Assembly (NCBI GenBank): GCA_002269645.1
Contig: NIVC01000944.1
Span: forward strand, 254,588 to 318,587
Length of the DNA stretch: 64,000 bases
Direction of reading: 5' to 3'
Source of the DNA: Macrostomum lignano
Taxonomy: Eukaryota
Shown: positions 1 through 13,600 of the stretch, piece by piece
Layout of the letters: each line of letters begins with the position of its first letter
Numbering within the stretch: position 1 is the stretch's first letter
Notes under the pieces: model-generated
Seen by the model: only the letters and a program-made list of their open reading frames with translations
Databases searched by the model: none
Told to the model about the DNA's origin: nothing
Made by a program: the position numbers and the translations under genes

Positions 1-118
1 GGCTGCGACTCCTCAGCAAGCAGCGAAATCCTGTCGGACGCATGCACATGCAATTCGGAGTCTGGAATTTCCTCCATCATCCTCGCAAAATCCCCGGCTT
101 CATTTTGTTGAATCGATA

Positions 119-3100
119 TCATGGCTTCGTCAGGCCATCCAAGCAGCAATTCTCGATGAGTAGCATTGGCTCCGCGGCTTCCGTCCTGAAGTTCTGGCGA
201 GCAAATTGCAGTTTCCTGCCGGCGCTGTAGCGGCGAGAGGTTCTGGCCGGTGACAGCGGCTCTGCGTGTTTGAAGTTGTTTATCTGAGTTTCATATTTAT
301 TGACACTGTACAACAGAGTTTTTAATAACTATAACAGATACAAATTCACATATGGCCAGCAGAGTGACAGCTAGAGCTGATCCACAATTCCGAACTTAGA
401 AATAAACATTTTTTCCGGACTCGAACACTCTGGCAGGCAATATTGCATTTTGTGCGGGGGTGCAGGATGCTTATATGAAGATTAAATTGGCATGGCTTTG
501 ATCCGCGCTGCTTGGTGACAGCCGGCAGCTGCTGCTACACAATCCCCCGCGCGCATGCAAAAGTACAAGTGCAGCGTTGCTCAATGGAGCTGCCAGGCTC
601 AGTCAGTCAATATCAATTTGGCAGATTCGCACCAAACACTCGCAACTCCCTGAAGGCCTTCAGTTTTCTGACACTTAACTAAATTAACCCGATCGCTGCA
701 AGCGTAGCAGCAGCATGCATGTGCATCTCTGTGTCCCGAGTTTGGCTCACCACGCTGCATCCTCTAAATGGATTTCTTTGACAGACTTGCTTTTTGTGAT
801 TTTTGCCCAACCGTGAAGCGGAGTTTTACCATAGACAGGCTTCAAGAGTTCAGGGGATTTGTTAATTCAGTGCTGCATGAACCCCGCCGGTTCAAATTGT
901 GCAGCAAAGATCGGCAACAGCAAAAATTCGCACCTGGTTGGCGACGGCGGCTGCTGCTGGCTGTGCCGCCGATGCGACCACTGCCGCACGCTGAGCAGGC
1001 CGTACAGCAGCGGGTTGGCGCAGGCCGAGGCCAGGATGAGCAGCAGGGAGGCGCTCTGCACAATCTGGATTGGCACCTGGCGCCGGCTGATGAGCTTGGC
1101 TGTCGGCAGCAGCAGCTGCAGGTCGTTGGCGATGTTAAAGAGCGCCAGCGGCAGCCAGGCCAGCGCGAAGATGCAGGCGATGGCGGCCAGGCGGCAGTTG
1201 CTGCGCCGGTTTCGCCGGCGTTCCAGCAGCAGGCGCTGCATCTGGTAGGCCGACGACTGCTGGCTGCTCTCGCGGCGGTAGCGCAGCTTCAGGCGCAGGC
1301 GGGTGTGGATGCGGCAGTAGGCGGCCACCACGGTGGCCAGAGGCAGCAGGTACTGCAGCAGCAGCGTGGCCAGGCTGAAGGCCAGCTTGGTGGCCCGGCC
1401 GGCCCGGCTGCTGACCGCCTCGCCGCAGAGCAGCATCCGGCCGATTGGCTGCTGCGGCTGCTGCGGCTGCTGCATCATCAGAGCCTGGTTCTCGGCGACG
1501 CTGGCGAACCACAGCAGCGGGGAGGCGAGGCCGGCGGCCGCCAGCCAGATGGCCGGCACCGAGAGAGGCTGCAGTAGGGTGGAGCTGCCGGTGCTGCCGG
1601 AGCCCGACAGCCGGCGGTCGGGGCGGACGATGGTCTGCGGAGGTCAGCGCAGGGACTACTCAAACACCGGGACGGGAAACTAAAATTTTTTTACGAGGCT
1701 GGCTGGCAATTATTTGCATTAGAGAGATGCTGTGTTACTTTGTTGTCTATGGTTATTTTCTACTGCTGATAAAAGACCAGCCTCGTAAAAAATTCCTAGT
1801 TTCCCGTCCCGGTGTTTGAGTAGTCCCTGGGTCAGCGTGGGCGAGTGGAGTTCAAAGGGAAGCGGCTGCGTTGAAGAAACGGAGCTCTGGAAATTAGTTG
1901 AAGGGTCAATTGTGTCAGATAGGGGGTCAGCAGTGTCAGATTGGGGTCAGCGGTGTCAAGAAAAGAATCTGCAGTGTCAGAAAGAGGTTAGCGGTGTCAG
2001 ATAGAGGTCACCATTGTCAAGACAGGGGTCAGCAGTGTCAGATAGGGGTCAGCAGTGTCAGATGGGTCAGCAGTGTCAGATTGGGGTCAGCGGTGTCACA
2101 TAAGGCTCAGCAGTGTCAGGTAGTTTCAGTGTCAGGGCCAGAATATCCACCAGACCGAGTTTTTCTCGGATGCGAGAAGGCCGCAACATGAAGACATGAG
2201 GAAGCCCTGAAGTCCATGTTAGTCTGATGCGTAAAGATAGGCCTAGTAGATTTCTGGCGTGACCTAGTTCTGGAGAAATTCAATTTATCTAAATTGGCAA
2301 ACTCGAAGTTTATGCTGCGGTTTAAAGTAGCCATAAATTCCATAAATTCGTAATGCTAGACAGACTTTTTAATTGCCTGCTTTGCTGAAGAAAAATCCCA
2401 ATTAAAAAGCCCGTCTGCAAGACTGACTACACATCTCCCAGGTTGCCCCGCAAACTGCTCGGCCTCGTGTTGCTTTTGCAACAATAAATTGCCGCCGTGC
2501 ATCGCATTCAATGTGAAGCAGCGCCGCCCCCAATCAGAGGCCGCGCGGGTCAGCGAAAGCAATTCGGCTTTTACGGGCAAGCCGAGCGAGCAAAAGCAGA
2601 AGATCTTCAGCCAGGCTGAAAGCGAGGAAGCCGCCAGAAAACTGAGGAATCCGACGCATCCTATCTCCCCTCGGTCGCGCTTCTGTTTGATTTCCCACTC
2701 AGCCTCTCCGTCCGCAATGCCCCCCGGGTTAATCCCCTCCTACCGGCGGCCTCCCAGCGCTTATCAGGCGGCGGGATTTCTCTGCCAGAGGCGAGGGAAA
2801 AGGGGATTTTCCTGCCGGACTCGATCGAAGCCGATGGGGCGGCCCCGGCTGTCACACGGGGCTGATGGGATTGCGGAGGCAGGCAGATATTCGGGCTTAA
2901 TAAAAACCGAATTTTTTATTGAGGCAGCAAAATCAATTCCCTCTGATGCCTGTTTTTGATAGAGTACGGCGTTTGTTTGCGAAGCATGACGGCGCGTTCG
3001 CTGCGCAGATTTCTCTGCAGAGCTGCCGACAGGCAATAAATCAGAGCAGCTCAGAGTGAGAAACCCGGTCAGTCATAAATGTCTTCACAGCAATAGAGCT

Positions 3101-4032
3101 ATGTGCACCGAACTCTGCCTGAACCTGTCCATCTGCTGCTCCACTCACCCTGAACCTGTCCATCTGCTGCTCCACTCACCCTGAACCTGTCCATCTGCTG
3201 CTCCACTCACCCTGAACCTGTCCATCTGCTGCTCCAATCACCCTGAACCTGTCCATCTGCTGCTCCACTCACCCTGAACCTGTCCATCGATCTGCTGCTC
3301 CACTCACCCTGAACCTGTCCATCTGCTGCTCCAATCACCCTGAACCTGTCCATCGATCTGCTGCTCCACTCACCCTGAACCTGTCCATCTGCTGCTCCAC
3401 TCACCCTGAACCTGTCCATCTGCTGCTCCACTCACCCTGAACCTGTCCAGCGCGATGGCAGTGATAGAGAAGGTGGACACGAACAGGTTAAGGCCAGTCA
3501 GCCAGTTCGCCAGCTTGCAGACGGCGGTGCCAAGCGGCCAGCTCACGTGATCCTGCAGCAGGCGCAGCGCATTCACAGGCTGGGTGACGGTGCACAGCAC
3601 CAAGTCCGACAGGGCCAGGTTCAGCACGAACAGCTGGCGCCGCCGAGGGCACCGCTGCTGGCGACCTCGAATTCGAGGGCCACCACGACGGCAGGCCCGA
3701 ATCACCACCAGGCCGTTGCCGATGGCGCCGAGCAAAGCCAGGAGGCCCGATGCGAACAGGAGGCCCACCAGCCAGGGCAGCTCCCGGACCAGCAGCTGCT
3801 CCCAGGAGGTGCGCAGCTCAACAAAAGCGCTCGTATAGTTGGTGTCGTTGCGGCACAGATAGTACAGGTACAGCGCGTCCATCGGGTGACTGCGTCGTTG
3901 TAGCAGCTGCGATAGGCAGGGATCGGCCGTCTGGTTGATTCTGAGCATCTTGTCTGAGTTCTGGTGACACTCGTACGGCGATGAGGACTTGCGAAGTTGG
4001 TCAGGATTAACATCGCCTATACATCCTCTCAT
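119..4032 (-). CDS. Class A (rhodopsin-like) neuropeptide GPCR, NPY/NPF/RFamide-receptor-like; exons 4032-3436, 1634-934, 305-119 (494 aa if the first Met is used)
   Basis: TM2 LFVLNLALSDL, WPLGTAVCK, TM3 FVSTFSITAIALDRF, TM5 QYLLPL, TM6 CIFALAWLPL, TM7 SACANPLLYG. GT-AG introns 3435-1635 (phase 0) and 933-306 (phase 2) keep the frame. Start Met uncertain (4032 or downstream). Confidence 0.88.
1650..1829. mobile_element. hAT-like MITE (180 bp) in GPCR intron 1
   Basis: About 54-bp TIRs (CAGGGACTACTCAAACACCGGGACGGGAAACTA... / ...TAGTTTCCCGTCCCGGTGTTTGAGTAGTCCCTG). Perfect 8-bp TSD GGTCAGCG at 1642-1649 and 1830-1837. Confidence 0.88.
1905..2130. repeat. Degenerate ~20-bp minisatellite (CAGTGTCAGATAGGGGTCAG)
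   Basis: Visible imperfect tandem copies in GPCR intron 1. Confidence 0.75.
3119..3448 (-). repeat. 31-bp tandem array containing the GPCR exon-1 end and 5' splice site
   Basis: Minus-strand unit GGACAGGTTCAGG|GTGAGTGGAGCAGCAGAT, about 10 copies; some carry +4-nt insertions or GTGATT variants. Confidence 0.9.
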
Positions 4033-6319
4033 GTGCTTGTAAATAAATCCTCGCCCTTGGCCAATAGGGAAGAGGCTGCTCTGGAAGTGAAGCCTCCAAA
4101 GTCATGTTTGCAGGGGCATGGAGAAGCATTTAACTGGATTCGCTAAATGCTTCGCTTGCTTAATTGCTGCACGGCGGATTAAGGTAGACAGACCGAGTCA
4201 GATTTGGGGCCAGTTCAGATTGACCGGATTCAGGCCAGATGGCAGCTGTCCATCTGCGAGGATCTGCACTGCCTAATCGACTGGACGCGGTGTGTTTGCA
4301 AATGCAGTGAGTGTTGGGGAAGCGGACAGCAGCTACAACAGATGGTTCGAATTCAATTCTTTTAAAGCATGCACTGACTAAAGGTTCATACGGCTGGCAG
4401 ACTGATAGACATCTGCATGTATTGAAGGAGCGTACTAAATGATGTACTAAATGTACTACTAGTACAGTTCGGCTCACGGGAAGAAGCCATGCAATATTCT
4501 GTTAGACACGATCCAATTTCTAGCTCATAATTCCCTTCTTTCAGCTCGATCCTCTGCAGCGCATTAAATCCATCCAGAAAAATTCCGTTAATAATGACAG
4601 CAGTGGGTGGGAAAAGCTGGCTGTATCCGCGGGAGGCTCACATTCTATACACATGTGAGTAATCCAGCCAGTGGCGTAAATTGCTAGTAGGGAGGGCCGG
4701 GCCAAAGGAGGCTGAAGAAGCCCCCTCCAAAACAAAAAACTATGGCGTCCCTTCACCACAGCTGATTTTGACGCTCGATCCTGTTCCAAATTTGAAAATT
4801 GCTGTGCAAGCATCAATTATGGCCATAGACTTACTAGTTGAGTAATACATGCGATGGAACATGTGATGGAACCGATGGCCATTAGATTTTACCATTGCGA
4901 CCCTATGGTGATTATACCTCCATCAATGGATGATTCCTTCATCCATGAATTACCAAAAGTTCCTGATCCACGATTCACGACCGAGATTCGCGACCCTATC
5001 GAGATTCACAGTCAGCTGTAAAACAATTTCAACTCCATGAATTGTATCAAAATGTTTATGGATAGCAAAAGTAATTGAGTGTATAGTCCTTACATGATAA
5101 TATGTTAAATCAGCTCTCTCCAGAGACAAAGAAATCAAATTGTTCCAGCATTAAAGAGAAGCAAGACGAAAAACCCTTGATACATTAGGCAATCAACTTC
5201 GTCACGTTAAAAACTTCAACTTGTAGTGACACCCACCCCCAATTCATTCATTCTCATTTTAAGTCCTTTGGTCTTTAATGCCATCCACGACACACTTATG
5301 TGTGGCAGCAGCCTATAGTTCTTAATAAAGCGTAAGGAAGCTTATAATTTAACCTTTGGTATTGACAAGAGTTTTGTTAACATACACCAGACTTTCCATG
5401 AAACTGGTGTAATTCTAATTCCTGTTGGTTGCTGGTCAAGAACGCGCGTTATATTCCATTCGTCATAGATCAATGACGAAATCAATGACAAAATGACCAG
5501 GAGCAAAAACAGCGTTGTAAATTTACATGACATACTGAACAAATATTTTACTAATAGCTGGATTTTTACGTTGTCATCAATGATATATAACAATATGGCA
5601 ATGCACACAAAACTAAACTTGACAGTTGACACGCTTCAGCTAGTGAATGCTAACGCCTAAATAATTAAGATGACGAAGTGACCCGAATCAAGGTGGGGTG
5701 ATAGACACCCTAGATGACGAAATGGCTAATTCCCATAATTATATAGTGCGCCACTAGATTAGGCCTAATAGGCCTATTGTGGTTAGGCCTAGGCCTTGAA
5801 ATTTGGCCAAGCCTAGTATTCCTAGGGCTTGGGGCTAGGCCAGGGTTAGGCCTAAATCTAAGATAGACCTAAATTAGAATAGATAAAATAATTATATAGT
5901 ATGCCTATATACTTAGGCTCTTTACTTTTAAAATATTTTATTTGATGTCATAGATATAAATTAGGAATTTATGTTCTAAATAAAAATGCAAAGCTAGGCT
6001 AATATATTAAAATTTTATGATTAGGCCTAGGCTAGGCATAGGCCCTTTGAGCCTAGGCCTAATTAGTTTTCGGTCATTTAGAAACAATATTAGCTTTATT
6101 TATGTTATTCTTAATAATTTAGCTAGAATTAGAAATATAGGCCTTTTAGGCTATTCCTAATTTTATATATTAAGGTATAAGCCTATTTACTAGGGTAGAA
6201 TTTCACTTTATCGTAATAAGTAATAATTTATATTTTATTATTTTGTTTGCAATAATTGAATAAGCTCAGTTTAAGTTTTTAACATTTATAATAGGCATAT
6301 AATTAGACATGCTTGGGTA

Positions 6320-6909
6320 CAACCTTGGGATTCACTCGGCCATTTCTATTGGCAACACACACATGTAAGTTGCTATTGGACGGAATAGTAGTCACGTTGA
6401 AGTGAAGCGAAAGCGCCGTTAGCAAGAGGATGGGAGAAATCAGCCAACACGCGCGTGATGCGTGAACAAGCATCCAGCCTTGGCAGCAACTCCCCAGATG
6501 CACAAGATCTGCATGCCTAAAAATAATCCTGATGATCGGCGAGCAAGAAGCCCAGCCATGCGACCCTCGCGTGATGCATGCACAACCTCTGACCGACACT
6601 GCCTATTGGGCCTCGAAATCCCACTCTCTCTCTCCCTACTGCTCCTATTCCTTGTTGCTCGCGTACAGTGTGCTAGCTTATAAAATATACTGATTGAAGA
6701 GGAAAGATCCTCGCCTGAAGTTTGAGAATGTGACTCTAGAGATCACACAGAGAAAGTCCATTGTTCGTTGTCTTCCTGAACTGTTGGCAGAAGGAAACGA
6801 TAATATGGGAAAAACCCATATAAATTGCCGTTTCAATGTGACTGCTCTCAGCCAATAGCAACTTACATGTGTGTTGCCAATAGAAATGGCCAAGTGAATC
6901 CCAAGGTTG
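6320..6909. mobile_element. Putative non-autonomous DNA element with ~45-bp TIRs
   Basis: CAACCTTGGGATTCACTCGGCCATTTCTATTGGCAACACAC at 6320 and its near-perfect reverse complement at about 6866-6909; a third copy of the TIR at about 57538-57575. No TSD found. Confidence 0.55.
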
Positions 6910-7647
6910 CGCATAGGCCTATATGTAATTAGAGGTTTCACTTAGGTTTAGGCATGATTAAGATTCCAAGATTTTAGGATCAAGATCCTATTATATCTAA
7001 TTGAAATATCCATGATGATGCTTTTCAAGGATATATTAAAAGAAGAAAGGTGGAAGGCAGCTGCCTTCCTTATGGCTAGCAATGATAGTGCCATTTAAAA
7101 AGGTCCTTATTCTCTCTGCCCTTAGTTTGCTCAATATGCCACTCCTCCAATGTATATTAGATTAGGACCCCACTTATACTATAGTTGAAATCTGCCCCTT
7201 CATTATATATATAAATCTATATCTAATGCTTTTAAGAATTTTCAATTAAATGATTTTCCTAATAAGGAATTCAAAAGAATATATATTTAAAAAGATTGCA
7301 TGGCCATATAGGATAGATATGTAAAATATAAAACTTTCATATTTATGGTCTATCAATACAAATATAATATTAGGTCTAATATAAAATAAATTTATATACA
7401 GTAATAGATGCTCATACCAAATAAAAGTAGTATGCATTTATTTTCTTTAGTATATATGATTTTATTTTTAATTAAAGCAGTTAATAAGATCAAAAAATAA
7501 TTTTATTGTTTTTTTAAGTTAAACTATTAAATTTGTCAAAAGCTTTACTATATCAAGTCAAATTTATATATTGCACTCATGCAGCCACTGATTATTCAGT
7601 AACAAGTTTAACTTGCTAGTTTATATACTTACTAGCAGCCCCCTGGA

Positions 7648-10600
7648 ATGCAACTACTTAGACTATTCCAATGTGCTCGCCACTTTGGCCTCCATGGCTG
7701 CAAGGCACTGCAGCTCAGGAAGATAACTGGGCATGTATCTAGCATTGTAAGCTCACCTCATTTTTATTTCTGTTTAATCTATTCTGTAAGAGTACATCAG
7801 TGTACTCTGTGTTCTGTAAGAGTAAATCAGTGTAAATTGTGCACCGGTTTGCTCCACATCATCCAGGACCAAATGGACGTCACCAAGATCCGGAACATCG
7901 GGATCTCGGCGCACATCGACAGCGGCAAGACCACCCTGACTGAGCGGGTTCTGTTCTACACCGGGCGAGTCGGCGAGATGCACGAAGTTCGCGGCACCGA
8001 CGGTGTGGGCGCTGTGATGGACTTCATGGAGCTGGAGAGGCAGCGGGGCATCACCATCCAGTCCGCTGCCACCTACACCGAGTGGGCTGGTCACGTGATC
8101 AACATCATCGACACTCCCGGCCACGTGGACTTCACCATCGAGGTGCGTTGAGCGGTGTGGATTTAGTGCTAACAATAGTCTGGTATAGAAAATCCCAGGT
8201 CGTCATTCTTGGGTTATAAGTCTCGGGTCGTGAATCTGGGGCCGTAAATCTAAGACCATGAATCTGGAGCGGTGAATCTAAGACCGTGAATCTCAGTCCG
8301 TGAATCTGAGGTCGTGAACCTAAGGCCATGAATCTCGGAGCGTGAATCTCGAGCCGTGAATCTTGGGCCATTAATTTTGGGTAGCGAATCTCGGGTCGTG
8401 AAGCGTAGATCAGGAAGTCACAGTGTAGGGTCATTACTCTAGTAAGGCTATGGCCATCAGTATTCGGTCACAGTGTAGGGTCATTACTCTAGTAAGGCTA
8501 TGACCATCAGTATTCGGTCACAATGTAGGGTCATTACTCTAGTAAGGCTATGGCCATCAGTATTCGGTCACAATGTAGGGTCATTACTCTAGTAAGGCTA
8601 TGGCCATCAGTATTCGGTCACAATGTAGGGTCATTACTCTAGTAAGGCTATGGCCATCAGTATTCGGTCACAATGTAGGGTCATTACTCTAGTAAGGCTA
8701 TGGCCATCGGTATTCGGTCACAATGTAGGGTCATTACTCTAGTAAGGCTATGGCCATCGGTATTCGGTCACAATGTAGGGTCATTACTCTAGTAAGGCTA
8801 TGGCCATCAGTATTCGGTCACAATGTAGGGTCATTACTCTAGTAAGGCTATGGCCATCGGTATTCGGTCACAATGTAGGGTCATTACTCTAGTAAGGCTA
8901 TGGCCATCAGTATTCGGTCACAGTGTAGGGTCATTACTCTAGTAAGGCTATGGCCATCGGTATTCGGTCACAATGTAGGGTCATTACTCTAGTAAGGCTA
9001 TGGCCATCAGTATTCGGTCACAATGTAGGGTCATTACTCTAGTAAGGCTATGGCCATCAGTATTCGGTCACAGTGTAGGGTCATTACTCTAGTAAGGCTA
9101 TGGCCATCAGTATTCGGTCACAGTGTAGGGTCATTACTCTAGTAAGGCTATGGCCATCAGTATTCGGTCACAGTGTAGGGTCATTACTCTAGTAAGGCTA
9201 TGGCCATCAGTATTCGGTCACAGTGTAGGGTCATTACTCTAGTAAGGCTATGGCCATCAGTATTCGGTCACAATGTAGGGTCATTACTCTAGTAAGGCTA
9301 TGGCCATCAGTATTCGGTCACAATGTAGGGTCATTACTCTAGTAAGGCTATGGCCATCAGTATTCGGTCACAGTGTAGGGTCATTACTCTAGTAAGGCTA
9401 TGGCCATCAGTATTCGGTCACAATGTAGGGTCATTACTCTTTACAAGCTAACCTTGCGCTTCAGTATCATGATGAACCCTCGTTTGCGACCATCGTTTCA
9501 CTTGGGTTTACTTTTACTGTATTTTTATTGTTGTATTGTACTCGTAAAAAGAGTCTGCTAGAATGAGCATACCTCTTCCCCCATCACAGGTGGAGCGCGC
9601 CCTCCGCGTGCTGGACGGCGCCATCCTTGTGCTCTGCGCCGTCGGCGGCGTGCAGTCGCAGACGCTGACGGTGAACCGGCAGATGCTGCGCTACAATGTA
9701 CCCTGTCTGGCCTTCATCAACAAGCTGGACAGGCAGGGCGCCAACCCTGTCAGGGTGCTGCACCAGATCCGGCACAAGCTCAAGCACACCGCCGCCTTCA
9801 TGCAGCTGCCGGTCGGCCTGCAGAGCCAGCACGAGGCCGTCATCGATCTGGTTGACGAGTGCGTCATGCACTTCGACGAGCCGCACGGGCTCACGGTGAG
9901 TCTCCGCGTCCTCTGTGCCCAGTCACTGGAACCATCGGCACTCCTTCCTTTGCACCCAGGCACTCTGGAACCATCGGCACTCCTTCCTTTGCACCCAGGC
10001 ACTCTGGAACCATCGGCACTCCTTCCTTTGCACCCAGGCACTCTGGAACCATCGGCACTCCTTCCTTTGCACCCAGGCACTCTGGAACCATCGGCACTCC
10101 TTCCTTTGCACCCAGGCACTCTGGAACCATCGGCACTCCTTCCTTTGCACCCAGGCACTCTGGAACCATCGGCACTCCTTCCTTTGCACCCAGGCACTCT
10201 GGAACCATCGGCACTCCTTCCTTTGCACCCAGGCACTCTGGAACCATCGGCACTCCTTCCTTTGCACCCAGGCACTCTGGAACCATCGGCACTCCTTCCT
10301 TTGCACCCAGGCACTCTGGAACCATCGGCACTCCTTCCTTTGCACCCAGGCACTCTGGAACCATCGGCACTCCTTCCTTTGCACCCAGGCATTCTGGAAC
10401 CGCTTCCTTTCCCGCAGGTGCGCCGAGAGCAGGTGCCGCCGGAGCGGCGCGCGGAGACGGCGGAGCGCCGGCAGGAGCTGGTGGAATGCGTGGCCAACGT
10501 GGATGACGAGCTGGGCGAGCTGGTGCTGATGGACCAGCAGCCGAGCCGCGACCAGCTTAAGGCGGCCATCAGGCGGGCCTGTCTTCAGCGCAGCTTCACG

Positions 10601-13600
10601 CCGGTGTTCCTCGGCACTGCCCTGCGCAACAAGGGCGTGCAGCCGCTGCTGGACGGCGTGGTGGACTACCTGCCCAACCCCACCGAGGTGCAGAACTACG
10701 CCTTCAGGCAAGGCGAGCCGGACCAGGAGCCGGTCAGGCTGCACCTCAATCCCGAGCGCTCCTGCCGGCTGCCGTTCCTCGGGCTGGCGTTCAAGCTGGA
10801 GGCCGGGTCGTACGGCCAGCTCACCTACTTCCGGGTGTACCAGGTGAGCCTTGGGTGGCTGAGCATGAGACTTCCGGGTGTACCAGGTGAGCCTTGGGTG
10901 GCTGAGCATGAGACTTCCGGGTTTACCAGGTGAGCCTTGGGTGGCTGAGCATGAGACTTCCGGGCGTACCAGGTGAGCCTTGGGTGGCTGAGCATGAGAC
11001 TTCGGGGTGTACCAGGTGAGCCTTGGGTGGCTGAGCATGAGACTTCGGGGTGTACCAGGTGAGCCTTGGGTGGCTGAGCATGAGACTTCCGGGTGTTCCA
11101 GGTGAGCCTTGGGTGGCTGAGCATGAGACTTCCGGGCGTACCAGGTGAGCCTTGGGTGGCTGAGCATGAGACTTCGGGGTGTACCAGGTAAGCCTTGGGT
11201 GGCTGAGCATGAGCATGAGTGCAGGTTCACCTTGCGAGCATGTATCTGTTGTACGTACGATGTCATTAGCATGTGTGCAACCAGCCGCTGTACGCCTGCA
11301 GGGCTGCCTCAAGCGCGGCGACACGATGACCAACGCGCGCACAGGCCGGAAAGTCCGAGTCCAGCGGCTGGTGAAGATGCACGCCAACGAGATGGCCGAA
11401 GTCAAGGAGGTGTACGCTGGCGACATTTGCGCCACGTTCGGCGTTGACTGCGCCTCCGGCGACACCTTCGTGACTGGAAGCCTGCACGACGTCAGCATGG
11501 AGTCGATCTTCGTCCCGGACCCGGTGGTGTCCATGTCCATCAAGCCGAAGGAGTCCCGCATGCAAGAGAACTTCGCCAAAGGCCTGCAGCGCTTCCTCAA
11601 GGAGGACCCGACTCTGCGCATGTCTTTCAACGAGGAATTCCGGGAGACCATCCTGTCAGGCATGGGCGAGCTGCACCTGGAGATCTACGCGCAGCGGCTG
11701 GAGCGCGAGTACAAGGCGCCCTGCGTGCTGGGCAAGCCGAAGGTTCGGCCTCTGGGGGTTCTGATCTACAGACACTGAAACAGATGTTAGGACAGGCACC
11801 AGGACAGACGCACTAGCACAGACAGGCACCAGGACAGACAGGCACTGGGAGAGACAGGCACCAGGACAGACAGGCACTGGGAGAGACAGGCACCAGGACA
11901 GACAGGCTCTAGGAGAGACAGGCACCAGGACAGACAGCCACCAGGACAGACCGGCACTGGGACAGACAGGCCCTAGGAGAGACAGGCACTAGGACAGACA
12001 GGCACCAGGACAGACAGGCACTGGGAGAGACAGGCACCAGGACAGACAGGCACTAGGACAGACAGGCACCAGGAAAGACAGGCACTGGGACGGACAGGCA
12101 CTGGGACATACAGGCACTGGGACATACAGGCACTGGGACATACAGGCATCAGGACAGACTCACTAGCACAGACAGGCACTAGGACGGACAGGCACTGGGA
12201 CATACAGGCACTGGGACATACAGGCATCAGGACAGACTCACTAGCACAGACAGGCACTAGGACGGACAGGCACCAGGACAGACAGGCACTGGGACAGACA
12301 GGCACTGGGACAGACAGGCACTGGGACAGACAGGCACCAGGACAGACAGCCACTGGGACAGACAGGCACCAGGACAGACAGGCACTGGGACAGACAGGCA
12401 CCAGGACAGACAGGCACTGGGACAGACAGGCACTGGGACAGACAGGCACTAGGACAGACAGGCACTAGGACAGACAGGCACCAGGACAGACAGGCACTGG
12501 GACAGACAGGCACTGGGACAGACAGGCACTAGGACAGACAGGCACTAGGACAGACAGGCACCAGGACAGACAGGCACCAGGACAGACAGGCACTGAAACC
12601 GACAGACGCGCGAAATTCGAATGCTGTTCTCTATCCGCTCTCAGGTGGCCTTCCGCGAGACCCTGTCGGAGCCGTACCAATTCGACTACCTGCACAAGAA
12701 GCAGTCTGGCGGCGCCGGCCAGTTCGCTCGCATCATCGGCGTAGTGGAGCCGCTACCCCCGGAGAAGTGCACCACCCTCGAGTTTGTTGACGAGACCACC
12801 GGCACCAACGTGCCAAAGAACTTCGTGCCGGCCGTGGAGAAGGGCTTCCGGTTGGCCTGCGAGAAAGGCCAGCTGACCGGAAATCCCTGCGTTGGCATGC
12901 GCTTCCGCCTGCAGGACGGCGCGCATCACAAGGTTTGTCAGTCTATGGTATCATGTGTCTCTCTAGTACCTTGTGTCACTCTAGTGCACCTTGTGTCACT
13001 CTAGTGCACATTGTGTCACTCTAGTGCATCTTGTGTCTCTCTAGTACCTTGTGTCACTCTAGTGCACCTTGTGTCACTCTAGTGCACATTGTGTCACTCT
13101 AGTGCACATTGTGTCTCTCTAGTACCTTGTGTCACTCTAGTGCACCTTGTGTCACTCTAGTGCACATTGTGTCACTCTAGTGCATCTTGTGTCACTCTAG
13201 TGCACATTGTGTCACTCTAGTGCACATTGTGTCACTCTAGTGTACCTTGTGTCACTCTAGTGTACCTTGTGTCACTCTAGTGCACCTTGTGTCACTCTAT
13301 TGTACCTTGTGTTACTCTAGTGCACCTTAGTCACTCTTAGTGCACATTGTATCACCTTAGTGCACATTGTGTCACTCTATTGTACCTTGTGTCACTCTAG
13401 TGCACCTTGTGTCACTCTAATGTCTAGTGCACATCGTGTCACCCTAGTGCACCTGTGTCACTCTGGCGGCCTTCTCACCTCAAGTGTCGCAATTTGAATT
13501 TCAGGTGGACAGCAGCGACTGGGCCTTCCAGCTGGCCGCCATGCATGCAGTCCGCGAGATGCAGGACCACGGCACCTGGAACCTGCTGGAGCCTGTGATG

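Noticed and set aside
768-1819. Plus-strand ORFs over the GPCR; similar shadow ORFs over the lipase, GLYCTK and GMF
   Set aside because: Antisense or alternative frames of GC-rich exons with no recognisable motifs.
8417-9440. CRISPR-like regular 50-bp array (also the 40-, 42- and 74-bp arrays)
   Set aside because: Units are contiguous and near-identical with no unique spacers, no cas genes, and a eukaryotic intron context.
9859-12513. Long repetitive ORFs (e.g. 9923-11272, 9859-10506, 11973-12449)
   Set aside because: They are translations of intronic minisatellites or antisense frames of GFM1.
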